DNA of 64,000 bases from Eledone cirrhosa (lineage: Eukaryota), in the NCBI GenBank assembly GCA_964016885.1, contig OZ024743.1, positions 161,758,001 through 161,822,000 of the forward strand, given 5' to 3'. The translations under genes were made by a program, and so were the position numbers. Shown one piece after another: positions 40,201 through 53,559 of the stretch (position 1 is the first letter of the stretch; each line of letters starts with the position of its first letter). The notes below the pieces were generated by a model. That model made no database searches and was not told the DNA's origin. It worked only from the letters and a program-made list of their open reading frames with translations.

Positions 40201-41455
40201 TTGGTAGAGGGTGCTGGTGGACCTAGTCGGCTCTACACATGACGATGCTTTGGGATCTCTGGCTTAGGATGACCCTGGCTTTGTTGAGTAAGAGCAAGAA
40301 GAAGAATGCTCTGCTGATAAGGTCTAACAGACCAAATCATGTCCATAGTTGTCCCTTACATGCAAACAAAAATCAAACTATCCTTTCCCTAAACATATAG
40401 TCTAGCCTGGGAGGTTAATAAATTTATTGAAACCATTCTCTGAGTTGCTAACATTTTTCTTCTTATATTAACTAAATAATAAATTTCAGTTAACTGAATT
40501 TTTTGGCCTATGGCATTTAGTACATCCCCCTTTGACTTAATTATTCAAATTAATGCTAATTTTATTGATAATTATGTGTACATACATATTACTGTTTTCC
40601 ACAGATTTATGCAATACTATGCATGCAAATGTGTGTGAATGCATGTGTATGAGAACATTTGGATTTGCACCTCAGTTTCAAATTCTGCTAAAGCCAACTT
40701 TACCTTTCATCCTTTCATATTTAATAAAATAAGGTCTCACAAGCCCGAACAGTGGATTGGCAGATTCAATGAATATCAAATTTGATCCTTTCTAGTGTTT
40801 GTTCCAGTTCTTAATATTGATTTTTTGTATAGTCAACACTACCACCTGATCCTTGGCTGTTTTAGCAGAATTCTCTCTGTTACAAGAATTCTGGTCAGGT
40901 CTCCAGTTTAAGACCTCTCCTCCCTCCCATTCAGTCTCAGAGACTCTGAAAAATAAAGGGTTGTAGGTACTGCTCTTCTCTCCCTCTGAATAAACAATTA
41001 AAATTGTTACAATTGTTGGATTGTTTTTTTTTTTCCTGTTATACATACACACAGACTTGAACACAAACATGTATGCATATGCAAACACACACATGCGCAT
41101 ATATAAATGCATACACCTATACAAGAGCATACAAAGTATAATAAACAAACACATATGAGTGAGCACACACAAACATACACACCCCTTGAGGGTTGCCAGA
41201 TGATGATTCACCTGGAAAAATTAGGGTATGTAGGAGATTAAAGGGGGTGGGGATGGTAGGGTATCTTCTAAGGTACATTAATAGGGTAGTATGGGGAGGG
41301 ATTAATTTTAGCAGGCAGCTGTCTATTTTTAGAGAAACCTGGCAATAGAAGGTAGGAAGAGTATAGAGTGGGAGAGGACTGGTGGCAGGTAGAATTGAGT
41401 TTTAAATGTATGAAGCTGTAGAATATATATATATATAGAGAGAGAGAGAGGGGTG

Positions 41456-42078
41456 GGTATGAAAACATATAAACATATATAATAATAAACATATGGGTAG
41501 CTTTACTGCAGAAGAAAAAAATATTTTTTCATAATGAAACAATGAAACGATATGAAAAAGAAAAAAAAATTATTTTTCTCTATTTTCCCCTATGAATTTA
41601 TTGGAGTTGCCAGTAGTTTTTTTTTTTTTTTGTGAATGTCAGACAGTGATGTGTCAAGATTTGCTAATCTTTCATCAGTGACACTCACTCAAAAACGTGC
41701 TGGCATGAAGTAGACTGTAGACTGTAGTCTATAGAGAATTTTACATGATCATCACTTGTTGGAGATGCTCATTTGCATAAAATGTAGGCTTTGCTGGTTA
41801 TATTTACTATATACAAATGAGCATCTCCAGCAAGTGATCCTCACGCAAAATTCTATGTAGACTATATTTCAAATCAGCATGTTTTAAGGGAGTGTCACTG
41901 ATTAAAGATTAGCAAATCTTGAAACAGCATTGTCTGACACTCTTAAAACATACTGGCAACTCTTATTCATAGAGGAAAATAGAGAAAAAAAATGTTTTCA
42001 ATTCGTTTCATTACAAAATAATATTTTTCTACCTATATGTTTATTGTATATAAAAGTATTATATATGTTTTCATATAC
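41456..42078. mobile_element. Old foldback/MITE-like palindromic element
   Basis: Degenerate ~300-bp inverted arms, for example caagatttgctaatcttt/aaagattagcaaatcttg and atcacttgttggagatgctcatttg/caaatgagcatctccagcaagtgat. Confidence 0.7.
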
Positions 42079-43509
42079 ACTTCTATTATATCTAAATGCT
42101 ATCACTAATCAAATTAATATATACTTGCACTTGGAATGAAAGCATATGATAGATCACCAAATACACAGAAAAATACACAGAAAAGTTTTTTAAATCTTCA
42201 TTTTTAGCTTGTTTTAATTAAATTTACAATACCTTGTTTCTAAACAATAGCTTAAATCCAGTCAAACTTAATCAGTTCTTAGCCATTTTCTAATTTCTAT
42301 TTCATATTCTCTTTAATCTAACATGTCACTCTTTAAAATAATTACTTTCATTACTAGTTGGATGCCAACTAGTTTCAACCATGAGAGTTCCTACCCACCC
42401 TTTCCACTCTCAACATAATTCTGAGAATCCCACTTTATATCCTCCATGGTGGTTTATTTATTTGACTGAGGGTAGCAATGGTTTTCAAACAAGGGGGAAC
42501 ATCTGGCCATGAGTAAGTGCCCTCTATACAAGAAAGAAGACTGTGCTGATCAGGACAGCTGCAGGGTGCTCAAAGTTGATGAAAACAGTGGAAGAGATCG
42601 GTTCAGGAAAACTTGGGATGATGCGGTTAAGGCTGACTTCTCTAAGCTGAACTTTATAAAATAGATGACACAGGAGCAAATCGAATGGCAATATGCCATA
42701 CTACCAAAGACTTGCTTTCCCACTCAAGTGGGATGAAACATAAGCAGGGAAGTACACCAATGCTGGTTTTGGGTTTCTTTTTTAATAGGCTCTCATTCCC
42801 CCCCCCCCCCCCACCTAGTCATCTTTCTCATTTACATCCCTGGTTCCTCCTTCCTCAACCAGCCTGTGCCAACATGGAAAGATGAATGTACATTCTGCAA
42901 AGCACTGCCAAACTTCAGAACCTCATCCCCACTTAATCCCTACTCACATCCTTGATTCCCTTTTCCTTGGCCAACTAATGCCAACATGGAAAGAAGGATA
43001 CCACCCACCCTAGAATGTATCTAGATGTCACTCTAAAGCCACCTCTGTTTCTCAACCCCCTTCTTGGCAAGGGGCATGTACACATCCTCCTGCCTCCCAT
43101 CAACGTCTTACTAACCTGACTGAGGAATTCACAACACCATTCATTCCCTTTAATGCCACCAATCTCTCTCTCTTTCTCTCTCACACACCCACCCCTCGCT
43201 TGGCAAGCTCCATGTATCTTACCCACCCGCTATGCTCTTGTCTTCCCCACTCCCATCACTGCCTGACCACCCTAATCAAGGATGACACAATAAGTGTCCT
43301 AGTACTGGTGCTATGATAAAAAAAAACAGCCTACACCATAAAGTGGTTGGCATGAGGAAGGGCATCCAATATAGAAACAGAAAGCATGCCAGAATGGAAA
43401 GTATTAAGATGGTCATTTGACCTGTATAGTCTCAGATCGTGACAACCAGTTTAATCCATGCAAGCATGGAAAATAGTCATTAAATGGTGATGATGATAAT
43501 GATATAGTT

Positions 43510-43740
43510 TAGGAAGGCAAACAAATATTGGGGCTTGTCCAGCCGCTAACTCCTTGTACTGGTCACCATCGGTACAGGCATCCTTGGATCCTGTACAACT
43601 GAGTTTCTCCATAAAATCAGGATCTGAAGAGGGAGCCCTGTGAGGTGGGGTGGCTGTTACAGCGGGTGTCACAGCTCATTGTCTGTGGAAATGCCTTTAC
43701 AGTTTTGTCCACAGGGTGCAGCCGAAACACTGCTCTGATC
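43510..43740 (+). mobile_element. CRE-like non-LTR 3' fragment
   Basis: DNA similarity to the reverse complement of 8245-8420; GNAFTVLSTG matches GNAFSILSTG at about 47070. Confidence 0.55.
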
Positions 43741-44555
43741 TAGGTGTAGAGTCTGCCACCCTCTCCCCTTCCCCCTTTTCTTCTTCCGTTGCCCAATAGT
43801 CCTTGCTATTTCCATCTTTTTTGGCATTTATAGTCATTTCCTACACAGCAGATCTGCTCTTCTTTACCCCTTCCCCTTTTTTTCATTTCTTAATTTTGGT
43901 TTTATCTTCTTTTAATAATTTCATCATTGTATAACTTTTGTTCGATAAATTCTTGATTTAAAACAAATAAAAAACCAAAAACAAATATATCATGCACATA
44001 CACACATACAATTACAGCCAAACACTGCCAACATTATCACTAAGATCAACCTCTCTTTCTCAGCAGCAAATGGAACATATCTGTAACATGAGAGATGTAT
44101 GTAGGCAGAGAAAGTAAGTAGAGGTCTCATCTATCTATTGTGTGTATAAAATGTGTGATTCCCTATTGTTATGTTTCTTCTATACACAGCCTAGACATAG
44201 TGGTGTTTCAAGCTGTGTGTATTGTATGTGTGATTCCCTATTGTTATGTTTCTATACACAGCCTAGACATTGTGGTGGTTCAAACCAAGGTCAACTGTCT
44301 GGGACAGTTGTATGTGCCACAACCCTCACAAAACAGCTCTGGAATGAGAGGAGGTAACAATACACCCCTTGACACCTGAGGATGCATATTGGGGTGGAAG
44401 TGACTGACATTGACTAAGATGAGTAAGTATAGAAAAGGCAGAGAGATGTGTAAGAAGAGGAAGGAGTCTGAATGGGTAGGCAATTTCCCTCAGTCATTGA
44501 GTGTATATCAAAGTTTAGGTTAGTTATTTTGTTAAACAGTAGTCCAGCAGATGGG

Positions 44556-44645
44556 AGTTTTTGAAAGCTCAGGTGTGGATAGGAGGGTTTTTGAAAGCTC
44601 AGGTGTGGATAGGTGGGTTTTTGAAAACGCAGATGTGGATAGAGG
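44556..44645. repeat. 30-bp tandem repeat, 3 copies
   Basis: gggtttttgaaagctcaggtgtggatagg units. Confidence 0.85.
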
Positions 44646-45399
44646 ATTAAAAAGTTCTCTTCACAATGTAGTCCTGGCTTTGAACCTACTGCATGACATC
44701 ATGAGCAATTGTCTTCTAACACAGCCTTAAGGAGAATGAGAATGAATTTCAAAATTTATCAACAAATCGTAAAATAAAGGTGTTGGAGGAAGGAACATTT
44801 CCTAAAATTATTTTATAATATAAGTTACAACTAAAATGTATTTTAGTATGTGTATGTGAAAGGTAGGGGTCCATCAGAGGTTTTGTTTTCATTGCTTTTA
44901 TTTTTTTTTTAAATAAGGTAATTGTTCTGACTAATCCTTTAAACTTAAAATTTACTAATTCACTATTAATGTTGTCATTTTTGCTGTGCTTTGTGGTATT
45001 ATGTCCCATTACATTCATCATCATTTAACAACTGTTTTCCCTACTAGCAAGAGTTGGATGGTTTGTCACAGACCCAGTCAGTATTTAAAGTTACTGATCT
45101 CACAAATGGATCAAATGAGACTGCATCTCATTTTACATACATTCAGTACAATCTGTAGAATGTATTTTATCATGTCACCAGCATTAGGGAAGCTGCGATA
45201 TCTTTAAGGCAACTGAAGAGTCATCTTGGCTCTGTGTTTGGAAAGTTTTCTATTGCTGAATGCCTTATATATTGAGTTTAAATCTCAATATAGATGATTT
45301 TTACCTCCCGTCATTCCTCAGATTGATAAAGAAAATATAGTACACAAGATTTAATGCAGGGATCAGCAAACATTTCTGAAAGCAAGACATTAAGAATGT

Positions 45400-45825
45400 G
45401 TGTGTTGATATTTTTTCATCAACCAGTACCATTCTTGATGATGAGTGCACCCATATCAGAGAAGTCCTACATCTTGGCCTTCACATGTGTGAGCCACAAA
45501 AATGCAGTCGTGAAGCTACTCTTGATGAGTTTGGACTACATCCAGTCTCTTCTCACCACCGTGGAGATCAGTTCCTCCTGCATGCCATTCTAAATTACAT
45601 CATCAGGAGCGATGATATGGCTGGTTTCCCATCACAATTGGAGCCTGTCAGTCTTGACCATAGGAACAGTATACACCCAGACAGGATAACCTTTTTTCCA
45701 TTCAAGCTGGATAAGTCATGTATCTGGGATGTAACATGTGATGTTCTTTGATGCCAACCTCATTCCTTCAGTGCATCTATAATGCAGAGGAGCAGAAGAT
45801 AACTACACACCAAGATATAACACCT
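45400..45825 (+). mobile_element. Older CRE-like fragment
   Basis: LGLHMCEPQKC..FGLHP..HPDRITFFPFK..IWDVTCD, homologous to 46540-46820. Confidence 0.65.
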
Positions 45826-45964
45826 AGCCAAAGAGTGTAGATTCCACCCCACCCATTCTCCTTTTACTCCCCCCACCCTCCTCTTTTATCTCTTTTTCTT
45901 TCTTCCTCTTTGTAAATATATAAAAGTAAATATGAAATTTTAAATCAATAAAACTTTTTCTCAT

Positions 45965-47202
45965 TTCTTTACACCCTTCGCAGCACTCCGTGCTACAGCC
46001 ACGCATCTCTCCTCGCTGACCTCGATACTTGTTTCAGAGTGGCAGCTAAAGAGATATGCAACGTCAGGTTTGACGACATTGGATGGCAACAAGCCACTTT
46101 ACCTGTCAGATATGACGGCCTTGGATGGCAACAAGCCACTTTACCTGTCAGATATGACGGCCTTGGCCTCCGGTCCCCGATCTCGCTGGCTTTGCTGGCG
46201 TTTCTTTCATCGGTAACCTCATGCCGCGTCCTCGTCAGCAGGGTTCTCCAAAACACAATAGAACCTTCTGTGTTCAGGGAACATGAGGTCGTCTGTGAGA
46301 CTTGGGATTTAGCCCGGTAGACGTCCCTCCTTCTCCCCATGCTAACGTCAAGTACCCCCCAAAAGCTTGTGGGATGACATCCAGTGCAGCCTGGCCTCAG
46401 ACAGGCTCATACGCCAGCTCAACCACCACCGCCTTGCCTGTTTTTGCGCGGCCTCCAAACCCCACAGTGGTGCCTGGCTCCATGCCTTGCCCACCTTCTC
46501 CACTGGCACACAGCTGGATAATGATAGCCTGCACATCGGTGTTTCCTTGACGCTTGGAGTCCGGATCTGCGAGCCACATAAATGTCGCTGTGGATCCACC
46601 GTGACCTCTTTCGGACTCCACCCGCTTTCCTGTCACCACATGCCATGCTGCCCTCAATGAGGTCATTAAGCATGTCTTGGACGCTGCAGGCTTCAGCTTC
46701 CAGCTCGAGCTGGTGTGGCTGGACTGAGAGGATGGCATAAGATCTGACGGTATGACCATCTTCCCATTCCGCGGTGGTAAACCCCTCATCTGGGATGCCA
46801 CTTGCAGCGACACTTTCTCCAGCTGCAACCTGGTGCAGTCTGCGACTAACCCAAGTACTGCTGCACGTCTGGCTGAAGAGGCCAAACTCTCCAAGTACTG
46901 GTCGCTCTCCAACAAGTTTGCGGTCGTGCCCTTGGCAGTGGAGACTTCTGGTTTCCTTGGCCCGAGGGTTACCTCCCTATTCACTGCCATAGGCACTGAG
47001 CTGGCCAGCCGCAGGTGTGAGCCTCGCAAGTTGGAATGGCTCTTCCAGCGCATCTTCCTTACCATCCTCCAGGGAAACGCCTTCTCCATCCTGTCCACCG
47101 GGGCTGTGGGGAGGCCAGCACGTGGGACCCCATTTGCTCACCATACGGATTAATAAGCAAAGTTATAAACTATTGTAAATAAACCTAAAAAAAAAAAAAA
47201 AA
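45965..47202 (+). mobile_element. 5'-truncated CRE-like non-LTR retrotransposon (CCHC zinc region plus restriction-like endonuclease), poly(A) tail
   Basis: QATLPVRYDGLG, SGAWLHALP, CRCG..GLHPLSC, DGMTIFPF..WDATCSDT, AEEAKLSKY, PLAVETSG; AATAAA and poly(A) at about 47178-47202. Confidence 0.85.
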
Positions 47203-47339
47203 TTTAATTTAAAAAAAAATATCTAACATCTGTTTCCAGATATACTATATAATTATTATCATCATTATTGTTATTATTATCATTATTATTATTATTATTA
47301 AGTAGTAATAGTAGCACTTATTTCCATTAAAATTGTTTT

Positions 47340-47870
47340 GCAGAGGAGGAGGGAACTCAAAGAACATAGTAGCTAGAATAAGAACGGGATGGAAGAAGTT
47401 TAAAGAGCTACTACCTCTGTTGACAACAAATGATTTCTCCCTACGAATGGAAGGTTAGCTGTATGAAGCTTGTGCGTGAAGCTGCATGGTAGTGAAACAT
47501 GAGGACATGCAAAGAATGCGCCATGTCAATTTGTGTGAACAACAAAGCATGAATGAACTGAGAGAGGAACTGAATATAAAAGGAATCAGATGTGTGCAGG
47601 AGAGAAGACTGTACTGGTATGGACCTGTGATACACACAAACAATGATCGCTGGGTGAAGAAGAGTCAAGAAATTCCAGTGAAAGGAAGCCATAGTAAATC
47701 AAGACCAAGGAAGACATGGGTGGAAGTGGTGAGAGCTGATTTCAAATCACTGAAGTTTCCATTCGTGTTGATAAAAGATCGTGGCAAGTGGAAAGATGTT
47801 GTACTGTAAAGGATCCATCCAACCCATACAAGCCTAGTAAAGCAGATGTAAAATGATGATGATGATCATT
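47340..47870 (+). mobile_element. RTE LINE 3' fragment
   Basis: ELREELNIKGIRCVQERRLYWYG..SRPRKTW..DRGKWKD and a (GAT)n tail. Confidence 0.8.
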
Positions 47871-50800
47871 TTTATATTGAGTTTTTTTTCCATTCTGGTA
47901 TGGATTAATGGGACTTTTTGAGGCAATGTTTTACAGTGGATGCTCTTCTTGACACCAACCCTTTTAGCCAATTCTTATGACACACAGGACTACTTCATAT
48001 ATGTAAAAAGAAAGAGGGGGAAAGAGAGGGGGAGGGAGAGAGACTATATGCTCTTAGCTGTGAGGTTAAGGAGTTTCCTTGACTAGGGGTAGCAAAAGTT
48101 TTCTATCAAGGGAAAAAATTTGGCCATGAGTATGTGCCCACTATACAAGACTGCTGATCCAGACAGCTGCAGGGTGCTCATGGCACCTTGAGCCTGAGTA
48201 TTCTCCCAGGACCTTAGGTCAACTAACATAGTGTGATTCATAATAGAGGTATATATGAAATGGTATATGATATGCTTATGTATAATAAACATATATAAGT
48301 CTTAGTATGAGAATAGCTGTGACATGATCACAGCTTAATACCCTCATACTGAAACATATGTTTATTATACATAAATATATCATATATGCCTTCAGATACA
48401 CCATTAAATCGTTGGAGATGAAAACTGCATGGAAGCTTATCAGAAAAAATAGCTGGCAGACCTAACTCCTCGTCACTCAATTTAATACAACCACATGACT
48501 CTTCGGTACATTTAGCAATGCCATTGTTACAAGCATTTAGGCTATGTCTGCAGTTTGAGGGTAACTGTCTCCCTTCCTTCCACCAGCCAAAGAGGACCAA
48601 AGAAGAGTCAGGGGTGCTACCCTACATCCTCTGACAAAATCATTAAAAATGAGTTGAGAAGTTCAAATTCACTGCAGATGTTCTACTACGTTTCTGGAGC
48701 AGAACAATTTACACTACATGACCTCAATACGAAGCCTATATATTCACATAAAAGATCTTTCAAATTATTTCAACTCTGAAGTTTAATCATTTCCATCAGA
48801 AAACAATGACAATGAGAAAATCAAAATAATTTCTATACTAATCTTCAAAGCGTTATTTCCCACCAGCTCTACCCTGATTGAGCAAACATATAACTAAAGG
48901 TGTTCTAGTCGTGACATTTTATATATCCAGTACTTCATTGTCCAGTATATCCTTAATTCTTTTTTAAGATGGTGAAGTGTGATTTGAGGGAGATACGACT
49001 GCTATTTCCAGCAGGTTAAGCATCTGTGAAGAGGTCTCAGGTAGCACAAATGCACAATCTGTTGGATGAGTATGCTGAGCATACAAATCAGCTAGAAACA
49101 ATAATATATGTGTACTCTCAACAACTTCACAGAAGTGTAACATTATCATTGAATTTTTTCCAACTATTTTAACACCAGAAACTATTACATGAAAAAAAAA
49201 TAAATATAAGAGCAATGATTTATGTATGTGCAATAATTAAAGCTAACTAATGTTATTTTTTTCCTCACCTCATATTTCTTGTTTGTTGGTGGATTAATGC
49301 TCTCTGCATTAAGTATGTTAACACTAACTTAACTATTTATCATATTTTTCATGTGGGTTACATCTCTGAATTGTATCATTTCCAAGCAATTATATTTTCC
49401 TAAATACAACTTTGTTCATTTAGTGATTTCTTTGTCACTATTTTAGCAGTACAGTGATATCAAAATAAGATCAAAACGTTCAGAATTATCTCCAACTTAT
49501 TCATCATTCACTAATCATATTGTTTATTTCTTGTTATTTTTCTACTGTCTATTTGTACTGAATATGTTAAGGAAACCATGTATTAATAAGTTAACATTAA
49601 TTTCTTATTAAAGGTTATCTATTTTAAGGTTATCATCAACATCATCATTTAATATCTGGTTTTCCTGCTTGTAAAGATTGGACAGAGGTCCACATCTTAC
49701 ATACATTCTTGCACTGTACAGAGTGCAATGGGTGCATTTTCTGGTGGGAGGTTATTATGTCTTAGTCCTCCCAACCCTTTGATTGACAGGTTTTCTAGGA
49801 CTGGATGCACTTCCTATCACCAACCACTTTACAGAGGTGTAGATCATCAACACTACAGAGGTTGCTGTGCCCTTAACAGTTACCTCTTGATCCTTTTATG
49901 GCATGGTTTGGACAATTGGATGTCCTTACTATCACCAACCACTTTACAGGGTGTACTGGGTGCACTTTATGTAGCATCAACACTAGAGAGATTTTCATAT
50001 CATGACTGGAGGCTTCTCTCAACCCTTATTGACATGATTTATATGACTGGAAACCCTTATTAACACCAACTTGTGTGCTGGACAGTTTTATGGGGGCATC
50101 AGCACCAGGGAGGTTGTCTGGTCATAGGGCCCTCTCTACTCTATGAAGTTGTTGCAGGGTGAGAACAGGATGAGGGTTAAAAAAAAGGTGATAAGTATAT
50201 TATGGGTAAGTGACAAGAGGTCAGTGGGGAGTGACAAGTTCAATATCATAGATGATGATGTGGAAGAGAGAAGGGATGAAAAAGTATGTCATGGGTATGA
50301 GAGTATAGAACCAAAGAATCTTGTCCACACTCTGCCAATACTGCAAATCCACTACCTGACTCATTGAATTATAATGTAAGTGGTGAAGTATTCTACAGAT
50401 TTATAATTGTTATGCAGTTTTAAATTACAAATGCAGTCCATCCAACAGGTTTTTGTCTATACATTTTGGCTCATTTGGGCCAACCTGAAGCTATATTAGA
50501 ATAACAGTGGGATCAAACCAAGAAACACCTGATTAGGAAGCCAACTCTTTAACCACTTAGCCATACACTAATCATTTCAAAACTGAGGAAGATTATTAAC
50601 TAGATTTAATTTCCATGGTCCCACATACAAATACATAGGTAAATGCAGTATACATACACAAGTGGAGTTGCAGGTCTATCATTTATTTGCTACTTTGTAG
50701 GGAAAAGAGGCGGATTGTTGAGCATTTTGCACTGCTTTACGCACTCACATTTATCACTAAGATGTTCAATTCATACACATATATACATCATACCAACTTA

Positions 50801-51151
50801 AAAATAGATCATCTCCCTCTCCCCGAAGTTAAAAATAATAAATATATAAATTTATTCTGTTAATTTCTTCCAGGCAATGCTAAACCATTCTGCTAATTAT
50901 AAACAGAAATAAGCCAAAATTACAACATATTTATTAGTCCCACTTTTAGAGAGATGTTCTGAACAAATATATAAATGAATAAAATTCTGACTTCTTTAAC
51001 ACTGTTTCAACTTTCTAAATATCATATATGCCTTTCTCCCGGGCAATGCTGAACCATTCTGTTAATTATATACAGAAATAAGCCAAAATTAAAACATCAG
51101 TCACAATTTTTGAGAGATATTCTGAACACAGTATAAAAGAATCTGACAATT

Positions 51152-51386
51152 TTAACCCTGTTGTATGCATATTTCTAAAGAAATACATTGTATTTCAATT
51201 AATTGGTGAAGAATTTAGAGGGATTTACTAAAATTATTAATCATTTCATTGCTAAAATACTAACTTAACATATGGTTCTATTTAAAATTATATTGACAAA
51301 TTTTAATTTATAGCAACCCTTTAAAATGACTAGTTTTGTTTCATAGAAGCAGTCAGTTTGAGGCCGGTTGGTATCAAAAAGGTTAA
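51152..51386. mobile_element. piggyBac-like MITE remnant
   Basis: TTAACCC...AGGTTAA ends; related sequence at about 32197-32400 and, inverted, at 61985-62083. Confidence 0.4.
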
Positions 51387-51529
51387 CTCTGCTTCAACAT
51401 TCTCAAGATGATATATGCCGTAGCTGGATTCTAACTTGACATTTTCAACTTCTTAACATCTTCTCTTCCAGAAGTTTCTTCAAACAGGTCCAGAGTATTA
51501 CAAAAAAAAAATCAATAGCAATGACATTG

Positions 51530-51862
51530 CTAAGACTGCACCTCATTGACACTCATCCTGTGCCCTCCCCAAATTCATATTCACGCTGTGCAATGCACCC
51601 TGCCACCCCCACACAGATCTTCTTTGTGAACTTGATGCCACCATTCAACGCTAAGCAGAACTCATCTGCAATGTCAGCTTCAACTGAGCAGGCTGGCAAC
51701 AGGCTCTGGCCTACTGGACAGGCGAAGGCCTCTCTATCCCCCACTATACTACGATCCAACGTAACTGGGACGACATCAATTGCAGGTCTTCTGTAAGGCG
51801 GATCAAGTCTGGCTTGGACCAACACCGCTTCGCCTGCCTCCACTTCTCAGCCCAACAGCGGT
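51530..51862 (+). mobile_element. CRE-like fragment
   Basis: WDDINC..LDQHRFACL, homologous to WDDIQC..LNHHRLACF at 46367. Confidence 0.55.
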
Positions 51863-52134
51863 AAGTAGCTCAATTCGGTAAAATAAAGCACCAGTAATAC
51901 ACTGGGGTTGATTTAATCGACTTTCCCCTCCCCTTCAAATTACTGGCCTTGTGCCTGTACTAGAAATCATTATTATTACTGTAAATAAAATCACAAACAA
52001 TAATGTTGAACCGTATATTAAACAATTTTACTACTGGATTTTATCAAACTAATAAAATTCACAAGTAGTAGAAGTACTAGTAGCAGCAGCAGTGGTGTAG
52101 TATGAACTGATACACTCAATGCTGGATTATCAGT

Positions 52135-52333
52135 AGGCGGTGGATTGGCAGTATCAGAAGAGGATTGGACGCTATGCTTTGTAGCATAGAGTTACAGCCC
52201 ATTACGGTCCGAGTTCAAATCCCACGCCGAGGTTAACTTTGCCTTTCATCCTTACGGAGTTGATAAAATAAAGTACCAGTAATGCACTGGGATAAATTAC
52301 TGGCCTTGTGCCAAAAGTAGAAACAATTATTAT
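52135..52333 (+). mobile_element. tRNA-derived SINE
   Basis: Main-family sequence. Confidence 0.85.
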
Positions 52334-52739
52334 TACCTTTCTACACACTCTATTTTAGGGAGGGGAGAATTTTTACATCTTCTTCCAAAACATGATAGTG
52401 TGGGATGTTGATGGTAGTGATGAAAATGATGATAGCTAGCACATTTTTACATCATTAATAGACTTAAATATCCCTTATCTCTAAACAGGAACCTCCCATT
52501 CCTACAAGTTGACACAGTTTCCTCTCTCTCTCTCTTAACAGAAATAGCAACCATCATGATTCTTTAACCATCCCTAAGCATTTCACTCTTTAAAAGCCAT
52601 CTCAAAGAATGCACCTTCAGAGCCACATTAGAATGTGTCTTCTTGTACATAATGTGTAGACAATTTTTCTCCTACTTCTTTTAGCTTGATCAAGTAGACT
52701 TAAAGAACTTCTACTACTACTACTAGTAATAATAATAAT

Positions 52740-52947
52740 AATTGTTTCTTATATAGGCACAAGGCCGGCAATTTTAGGGGGAGGGGAAAGTCGATTAAAT
52801 CAACCTCAGTGCATTACTGGTACTTTATTTTATCGACCCTGTAAGGATGAAAGGCAAAGTTAACCTCGGCGGGATTTGAACTCAGACCATAAAGGGCTGT
52901 AACTATACTGAAAAGCATGGTGTCTGACCTTCTACCGATACTGCCAA
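52740..52947 (-). mobile_element. tRNA-derived SINE
   Basis: Reverse complement of the main family with an (ATT)n tail. Confidence 0.85.
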
Positions 52948-53559
52948 ATTTCTTTTATTTACCTTAAAGGCATCAGATGATGCAGACATTACAAGGACAA
53001 TTACAACATTGTTACAACATTAAGGTAAGAGTTACCATAGAAATGAAAAAATGGGTAAGAAGTATACATAATATACAATTTAGGTGCACATCATCATCAT
53101 CACCATCCTTTAATATCTACTTCTTCGAACTTGCATGAATTAGATGGGTTGTCCAGTTATGCGACAAATCAGGTCTGGAAACCACATCATACTCATACAT
53201 ATCTGTAATTTCACTTGGGTTCTATGGCTAGATGCTTTTCCTAACACCAACCATGTTACAATAGTATACAATTATATAAAGTATTCATGCCTCCTGGCTA
53301 ATTGTGGAAGCCCACATAACTACAATCACCCTGACCACCAAGGTTGATAGCCTTCTCCCAACTGTCATCGTCTGACCTACAGACACAAGCTGAGAGTAGA
53401 CTCATTCACTCTTGCCATTTTTACTACTTCCATCCACCTGAGAGGATGAAAGGCAAAGCTAACCTCAGCAGGATTGGAACTCAGAATGTAAAGGGCCATA
53501 ATTCTATGCTGCAAGGAATGTTGTCCATCTGCATTGGACGTGCTTTACAATAATAATAA

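Noticed and set aside
48390-48780. Possible exon or ORF in unique-looking sequence
   Set aside because: Short frames with stops and no recognisable motif.
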